This document shows, in pieces, positions 49,520-55,220 of a stretch of 55,220 bases of DNA (positions are counted from its first letter, which is position 1; each line of letters begins with the position of its first letter). The stretch is from an uncultured Candidatus Saccharibacteria bacterium (GTDB taxonomy: Bacteria; Patescibacteriota; Minisyncoccia; Phycocordibacterales; UBA2100). Where the stretch lies: the NCBI GenBank assembly GCA_964462785.1, contig CAYWZA010000005.1:1-55220 (forward strand), read 5' to 3'. The notes under the pieces were generated by a model. It worked only from the letters and a program-made list of their open reading frames with translations, was not told the origin of the DNA and made no database searches. The position numbers were made by a program, and so were the translations under genes.

Positions 49520-51471
49520 AAGGCAAAAATGATTGTCGCGATAAGTGTCAACAACACCAGCAACAGATAGACTTGCACCACCCCGCTTTGCAGGCGACGT
49601 ACGAAATTCGCACCGGCGAGCATCCAATTCCCGATATGGTGATAGAGCCAGTGTTCCCATATTGATTGAATGTTCCATGCTAGCTGTTTGCGGACGATCC
49701 ACGGGTTCGATGGACTCACCGATGTGCTACTGAATTGCTTGTTCGTAATCAGCAACATGCGGAAGAAAAAGCGGGCGGGTGCCGCAAAACCGGTCGCCGA
49801 ATATTGCATGCGCGGTGAAAGCGGTGCGCCACAATCCCATGTCCCCGTCGTGCGCATGGAAAAACGCACGCTGCGCGCGATTGCGAACATGAGCAGGACG
49901 ACCGCAATTGCGGCAACCGTAATGTGCCAAGGATTCAAGAGTGCATTTGGCACAATTGAAAGTGGCGAGAACCATGCGTACGTCTTCGGCATCAACATCG
50001 GTACAATCGCAAAGCTGGTGAGAAGCGACAGCGCGGCGCACATCGCGGGTGGCGCAGTGAGCGTGAAGGGAAGTTGCTGAAGATCATGCGCATGCTCAGT
50101 GCGAGGTCGCCCGAGAAAAAGCACACTAAATAATCTCACTGATGCAAAGAGAGCAAGTCCGGCAACGAGTGCGACGAGTGCGAGTATTACTGCTGCACCG
50201 GTCGCTAGTATTGCCGGTAAGCCACTCATCCCGACCGCGAGCGATTGTACGTATAGCCATTCGCCGAAGAACGCGCCAAACGGCGGCAGCGCTGCGGCAG
50301 CAAGAGAGAGTGCGAGCACCACGCCGGAAAATACCGGCCAGACGCGCGCGAGCCCTCCCATCTCATCCAAATCGTGTGTGTGTGTTTCCGAGACAATCGC
50401 GCCAATACTCATAAAGAGTCCTGTTTTGAAAAGCAGATGGTTGAGCGCGTGGAGGAGCAAGAATAACTCGACGCTATGCGCAAGAGCCGCGGTAACTGGG
50501 GTGGGCACCAGTACGCGCACCATAAGGAGCACCCCTGCTGCAGAAAAAAGCAAACCCATATGCTCGACCGATGACCACGCAAGCAATCGCTTAGCATCGT
50601 TTTCTACCGCCGCATGGATGCTGCCGAAGACCGCAGAGACGAGCCCGATCACAATCACCACGAACGACCACAGTGGATGAATAACCGGAAATAAACGCGC
50701 CGTTTCCAAAAATCCAAAGAACGCAACAATAAGCATCACTCCCGAGAGTAGCGCCGAGCTATGGCTTGGTGCTTGCGGGTGCGCATACGGCAACCATTGA
50801 TGCAGCGGCACCAGTCCCGCCTTTGATCCGAATCCCGCAAAGAGAAGCATGAATGCTGTCGCGAGCATCGTTGGTGTGAGTCTTGTTGCAGATTGCACAA
50901 CCTGCTGCCACGGAGAAAATATCGCTCCTTGCGCAAGCAGCAGAAATCCGGTGAGTAGCGCAAAGAATCCTATCTGGGTCACTACAAAATAGAGAAAACC
51001 GGCATAGAGCGATTCCTCACTCCGGTCAGCGACCACCAGAAAATATGCCGCAACCGACATGACTTCCCAGCTGATGAGAAATGCTGCCGGAGAATTCGCG
51101 AGCACCACCGCACACATGCCGCTCACGAAAAGCGCAGATGCAGTATTGACCGCGCGCAAAGAAAACGTCGACGCATACCGCGGCAGATATCCAATCGCAA
51201 AAAAAGAGGTGAGCAACACACCTAATGAAATACATCCAAAAAAGAGCGCTGAGAGCGCGTGTATGCGCAGCAGCCCATACGCGATAGGCACCGCTTCTGA
51301 ATTAGCAGTGAGCCCATACACAATCGCCGCCGCCATGCCAATTCCCGCACCCAGTATCATCAGAATCTGTGCGAGTGTATTTCGCTGCGGCAGAGCAACA
51401 GCGACGATTGCCGACATGCCGAAGCATGCAAACATGCCATATATATAGTATGTGAGCATTGGATCAACCAT
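49516..51471 (-). CDS. hyfB: Antiporter-like membrane subunit (HyfB-like)
   Basis: SWEVMS, GSKAGLVPLHQWLPYAHPQAPS, KRLLAWSSVEHMG, TWDCG...RMQYSATGF. Confidence 0.85.
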   Translation of the reverse strand: MVDPMLTYYIYGMFACFGMSAIVAVALPQRNTLAQILMILGAGIGMAAAIVYGLTANSEAVPIAYGLLRIHALSALFFGCISLGVLLTSFFAIGYLPRYASTFSLRAVNTASALFVSGMCAVVLANSPAAFLISWEVMSVAAYFLVVADRSEESLYAGFLYFVVTQIGFFALLTGFLLLAQGAIFSPWQQVVQSATRLTPTMLATAFMLLFAGFGSKAGLVPLHQWLPYAHPQAPSHSSALLSGVMLIVAFFGFLETARLFPVIHPLWSFVVIVIGLVSAVFGSIHAAVENDAKRLLAWSSVEHMGLLFSAAGVLLMVRVLVPTPVTAALAHSVELFLLLHALNHLLFKTGLFMSIGAIVSETHTHDLDEMGGLARVWPVFSGVVLALSLAAAALPPFGAFFGEWLYVQSLAVGMSGLPAILATGAAVILALVALVAGLALFASVRLFSVLFLGRPRTEHAHDLQQLPFTLTAPPAMCAALSLLTSFAIVPMLMPKTYAWFSPLSIVPNALLNPWHITVAAIAVVLLMFAIARSVRFSMRTTGTWDCGAPLSPRMQYSATGFAAPARFFFRMLLITNKQFSSTSVSPSNPWIVRKQLAWNIQSIWEHWLYHHIGNWMLAGANFVRRLQSGVVQVYLLLVLLTLIATIIFAL

Positions 51472-51472
51472 A

Positions 51473-52000
51473 CTATTTTTTTCTCCCCTGCTGGATCGCC
51501 GTAAGGATGCCCGTCAAAATTTCAGTTGGGGTTGGCGGATCACCCGGAATTTTATAATCCACGGGTATCACGGCGTCAACTGATCCCACCACTGCATATG
51601 AATCTTTCCAGATCCCGCCTGTGCAGGCGCCATCACCCACTGCAATCACGATCCGCGGTTCGGGAGTCATGCCGTACGCAGTGCGCAGCGCGTGCTCCAT
51701 ATTACGCGTCACAGGACCGGAGACAGTGAGCACATCCGCATGCCGCGGCGATGCGACAAAGGAAATTCCAAATCGCTCGATGTCGTAATACGCGTTGTTG
51801 AGCGCCGTCATTTCATACTCTTCTCCGTTCGTGGATCCTGCGTCGATATGGCGTATGCGGAGCGACCGACCGCCATAAAGCGCTTTAATTGTGTGCAAGA
51901 GATTCTCCCCTACCAGAGCATCAGCATCAGATTGCGTAACTGCCGCCGCCGGCTCAGTCTTTATCCCCGTGGAAAAAATGGTACGTAAAACACTCAACAT
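51473..52000 (-). CDS. NuoB/HycG-like small subunit lacking canonical Fe-S cysteines
   Basis: YDIERFGISFVASPRHADVL, P.P.IVIAVG, IPVD..IPGxPP; GSTNGE, GDGA and PGDPP at ligand positions. Confidence 0.85.
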   Translation of the reverse strand: MLSVLRTIFSTGIKTEPAAAVTQSDADALVGENLLHTIKALYGGRSLRIRHIDAGSTNGEEYEMTALNNAYYDIERFGISFVASPRHADVLTVSGPVTRNMEHALRTAYGMTPEPRIVIAVGDGACTGGIWKDSYAVVGSVDAVIPVDYKIPGDPPTPTEILTGILTAIQQGRKK

Positions 52001-52079
52001 ATATAGAGGTGAACCCTACTGTACGCCTAGGCGCATACACCCGCAAGAGAGCGAGAGACACGGGCGGGGGTAGTATCTA

Positions 52080-53333
52080 TCAGTAACTCCGTAGTTGCTT
52101 CGCCCGTTCATGCGCACGGATTTTTTCGAGCGCTTTTGCTTCGATCTGACGGATGCGTTCGCGCGTGACGCCGAATTCACGACCAACTTCTTCAAGAGTA
52201 AAGCAAATGCCTTCGCCGGTAAGCCCATGGCGGAGTTCCAAAATTTTCCGCTCTTTCGGTGAAAGTTCATCAAGTACGGTTTGAATCTGATCGGTCAAAA
52301 TGCGATGCGATGCGCTGTGATCAGGTGATTCGATCGTATCATCGGCAATAAAGCTGCCGAGGCTTGATTTGTCTTCATCATCACCGACGGGCGTCTCAAG
52401 CGAGACGGTATCCTGACTGATTTTCTGAATCGTATAGATTTTCTCCAATTCGATTCCCATTTCGGATGCCACCTCCTCCGGTAGCGGATCGCGCCCAAGA
52501 TGCTGGGAAAGCTCGCGCATCTTTTGTTTATATTTCTGAATTGTTTCCACCATGTGGACCGGAATACGAATGGTGCGCGATTGATCGGCAAGCGCACGGG
52601 TAATCGCTTGGCGAATCCACCACGTGGCATACGTTGAAAATTTGTAGCCTTTTGTCCAGTCAAATTTCACCACTGCTTTTGCGAGACCAAGATTTCCTTC
52701 TTGGATGAGATCGAGAAGTGTGAGGTCGGGCGAACGATTCGCATATTTTTTTGCAATCGAGACAACAAGGCGCAGGTTTGAGCGCGCCAAAATATTCTCC
52801 GCCTCTTTATCGCCCGCCACAATGCGCTGTGCAAGCTCCTTTTCCTGTTGTCCATTTAAGAGCGGGTACTGACCGATCTCGCGCAGATACATCTGGATAG
52901 AGTCATACGATGCATCGCTGCGGCGATGGTGCAATTTCTTTTTTTCGAGGATCTCATCGGCGGCAGAACTATCCAACATACTCCCCGTCTCAAGCACGTC
53001 CACACCAGCAGTGGAGAGGCGTTCATAGAGATCCTCGAGCAAAAGGATATTTTCTTCGATGTTCGGAAACGAGCGGAGAATTTCATCGTAGGTGACATAG
53101 CCGCGACCGCGCCCCATGCTAAGCAGTGTCGTGATGCGCTGCTCCTCCCCCTTTGCGCGTTTTACCGGCTTTGCCGCCGGAGCGACTTTCGCCTGAACTC
53201 GCGCCTGTGGGGTCTTTGCAGCTGCTTTCTTTTTCTGCGGAGCCTTCTTCGAGCGCTTGGGAGTGCGCGCCTTGCGTACCTTTGCCTTAGGCTTTTTTGC
53301 AATCTTCTTTTTTGCCTTCTTTTTTGACGCCAT
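52080..53333 (-). CDS. rpoD: Primary sigma factor sigma70 with Lys/Ala-rich N-terminus
   Basis: [61 protein letters not shown]. Confidence 0.96.
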   Translation of the reverse strand: MASKKKAKKKIAKKPKAKVRKARTPKRSKKAPQKKKAAAKTPQARVQAKVAPAAKPVKRAKGEEQRITTLLSMGRGRGYVTYDEILRSFPNIEENILLLEDLYERLSTAGVDVLETGSMLDSSAADEILEKKKLHHRRSDASYDSIQMYLREIGQYPLLNGQQEKELAQRIVAGDKEAENILARSNLRLVVSIAKKYANRSPDLTLLDLIQEGNLGLAKAVVKFDWTKGYKFSTYATWWIRQAITRALADQSRTIRIPVHMVETIQKYKQKMRELSQHLGRDPLPEEVASEMGIELEKIYTIQKISQDTVSLETPVGDDEDKSSLGSFIADDTIESPDHSASHRILTDQIQTVLDELSPKERKILELRHGLTGEGICFTLEEVGREFGVTRERIRQIEAKALEKIRAHERAKQLRSY

Positions 53334-53410
53334 ATGAAAAATGTTGAACTATTTCATTGAAAATATGCAGGATAATCACGCTGGTTCTTCCAGCGTGCTA
53401 TTGGGGCACT

Positions 53411-55135
53411 CTAGCTCTTTTTTTCAAGTTTTGCAATCTCTTTCGCCAGATCTGTGCATAACTTGAAAGCAGTGTTCTGAGCCTTGGTATCCCCCTCGGT
53501 TTCAGCTGCGCGCAGAGCAGCCTGCGCATCTTTCAGCTCGCGCGCCAGACGGTCGCGTGCAATGAGTGCAAATAGCGATTCGATTTCTGTGCGAACCCCT
53601 TTTTCGGGCACGTGTGCAAATACCCTCTCTGCCGCAAAGCGTAATGCCTCTTGCTGCTCCTCCGGCAATTCACTAAGCATCTCCGCAGCATCAGCACCTG
53701 CTGCATCTTTCAGCAGCGTGTTCATTTCTTTTTTTGTAAACACTGGTGTCTTGAGAGTCGTCTGCCAGAGCACAATGCCACATGCCTGTTTGAGACGCGG
53801 TGTCAGTGTTTGAGGCGTTCCGCTTTTCGCAAGCGCACGCGCAGGTGCGGGAGTCTCCTGCTTCCAGGTGCCTTCTGCAAGCTCGGCGCGCACCGCGTCT
53901 TCGGATACGTTGAGACGCTCGGCAACCACACCAATAAAATGATCCCTATCAATCGGACTCTTAATCATGGCGATAAAAGGAAGCACCGTGCGACGCGCCG
54001 CCTTTGCATATGCGCGCGGCTCGGCGTGCATTTCCTTGAGCGCCGCGAGCAAAAATTCAATAACATGCTTCGCCTCACGAACACGTGCGCGCCACGCATC
54101 TTTTCCTTCTTTCAATATATAGTCCGCGGGGTCGTCGCCCTTGGGCAGCTGCGCCACCTTCACATCCATACCCGCCGCAAGTGCCATGATGGCGGAACGC
54201 CGTGCAGCTTCGATACCCGCGTTGTCGGCATCGAGCGCGAGCACTATGTTTTCCGAAAAACGCATAAGCAGTGCGACGTGCTCCGGCGTAAGCGCTGTAC
54301 CGGAAACAGCGACTGCATTCGCCCACCTCGATTGATGCACCGTGAGCAAATCCATCTGCCCCTCCACAAGTATGGAAAAATTGAGCTTCCGCATCGCCTG
54401 CTTAGCGCGATCGTATCCATACAACAATCGCGATTTATTGTAGAGAGGTGTTTCGGGGCTGTTGAGATATTTTGGCGCGTCGGTAGGCGGCTCACCTTTC
54501 TCTGCAAAAATACGCCCCGAGAATCCCACGATGCGTCCCGCCGGATCAAAAAGCGGGAACATGATGCGACTGCGGAATCGGTCGTACAGACCTTTTTCCG
54601 TTTTCTTTGCGAGACCGGCGGTTTCAATTTCTTTGTCTGAAAATTTCTTTTCGCGCAGATGCCCCGTGAGCGCGCGCCATTCTTCGCGCGCATACCCCAA
54701 GCGAAATTCGCGAATCGTCGCTTCGGTAAGCCCGCGCTTTGTCAGATAGCTCCATGCCGGATGATCCTCGGTAAGTGCCTCCTCAAAAAAACGAGTAGCA
54801 ACTTCGTGCGCTTCAAATAATTTATCCGTCACATCGCGTTCACCCTTTCGCTCGAAGACGAGTGGCACACCCGCGCGCTCAGCAAGTATTTTAAGTGCGC
54901 CTTTAAAATCAATGCCTTCCATCTCCTGCACGAAGGTGAACATATCGCCACCAACACCGCAGCCAAAACAATGGTACGTACCACGATCAGGCGAGACGAC
55001 AAACGACGGTGTCTTCTCGTGATGAAAGGGACAGCGCGCTTTATGGTTCACTCCCGCGCGCGAGAGCTTTACATACTGTGAGACCACATCGATGATCGAG
55101 AGTCGTTGCTTAATCTGTTCCACCGTGGAGGACAT
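53411..55135 (-). CDS. dnaG: DNA primase
   Basis: CPFHHEKTPSF...CFGC zinc finger, FRSRIMFP, KYLNSPET, VEGQMD, DADNAG, DPAD. Confidence 0.97.
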   Translation of the reverse strand: MSSTVEQIKQRLSIIDVVSQYVKLSRAGVNHKARCPFHHEKTPSFVVSPDRGTYHCFGCGVGGDMFTFVQEMEGIDFKGALKILAERAGVPLVFERKGERDVTDKLFEAHEVATRFFEEALTEDHPAWSYLTKRGLTEATIREFRLGYAREEWRALTGHLREKKFSDKEIETAGLAKKTEKGLYDRFRSRIMFPLFDPAGRIVGFSGRIFAEKGEPPTDAPKYLNSPETPLYNKSRLLYGYDRAKQAMRKLNFSILVEGQMDLLTVHQSRWANAVAVSGTALTPEHVALLMRFSENIVLALDADNAGIEAARRSAIMALAAGMDVKVAQLPKGDDPADYILKEGKDAWRARVREAKHVIEFLLAALKEMHAEPRAYAKAARRTVLPFIAMIKSPIDRDHFIGVVAERLNVSEDAVRAELAEGTWKQETPAPARALAKSGTPQTLTPRLKQACGIVLWQTTLKTPVFTKKEMNTLLKDAAGADAAEMLSELPEEQQEALRFAAERVFAHVPEKGVRTEIESLFALIARDRLARELKDAQAALRAAETEGDTKAQNTAFKLCTDLAKEIAKLEKKS

Positions 55136-55167
55136 AGCTCCATACTACCAGCTGCGAGCCTATCTAA

Positions 55168-55220
55168 AGCTAGTTCAACAAGTAAGTGCAACACTTTGAG
55201 ATAATCAAAGTGCATGAAAT
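55168..55220. repeat. 53-bp terminal inverted repeat, right copy
   Basis: Exact reverse complement of 1-53. Confidence 0.95.

Overview
This is a 55.2 kb bacterial chromosomal fragment in the standard genetic code. It most resembles a Patescibacteria/CPR (Parcubacteria-like) genome; that is an inference from the short F1 epsilon and delta subunits, the mostly SD-less AT-rich starts and the gene repertoire. The right half is mostly core or energy genes on the minus strand: dnaG-rpoD, a six-gene Ehr/Hyf-like (complex I / group-4 hydrogenase-related) operon, a PD-(D/E)XK nuclease and an F-type ATP synthase operon (atpBEFHAGDC) interrupted by three extra ORFs. It also holds a secreted lytic-transglycosylase-like protein, a MacAB-type ABC exporter and a divergent FtsH. 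The left half is accessory: a D,D-carboxypeptidase, phenylalanine hydroxylase, multicopper oxidase and a ~21 kb surface/matrix island (5.9-27.3 kb). That island contains a hyaluronan-synthase-like GT2, a UDP-HexNAc-type dehydrogenase, two polysaccharide deacetylases, two paralogous jelly-roll-like secreted proteins and a peptidoglycan-binding protein. It also contains a pair of secreted repeat proteins that look like a fibre subunit plus membrane anchor, four histidine kinases and two OmpR-type regulators. 11-bp-period TTCAYG-like direct repeats recur in the island's intergenic regions. The most notable points are (1) this candidate polysaccharide-plus-fibre matrix system, (2) an Ehr complex whose NuoB-like subunit has lost its Fe-S cysteines as well as the large subunit lacking NiFe ligands, and (3) a perfect 53-bp inverted repeat at the two window ends plus several REP/MITE-like palindromic elements. 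No rRNA, tRNA, CRISPR array or transposase was recognised.
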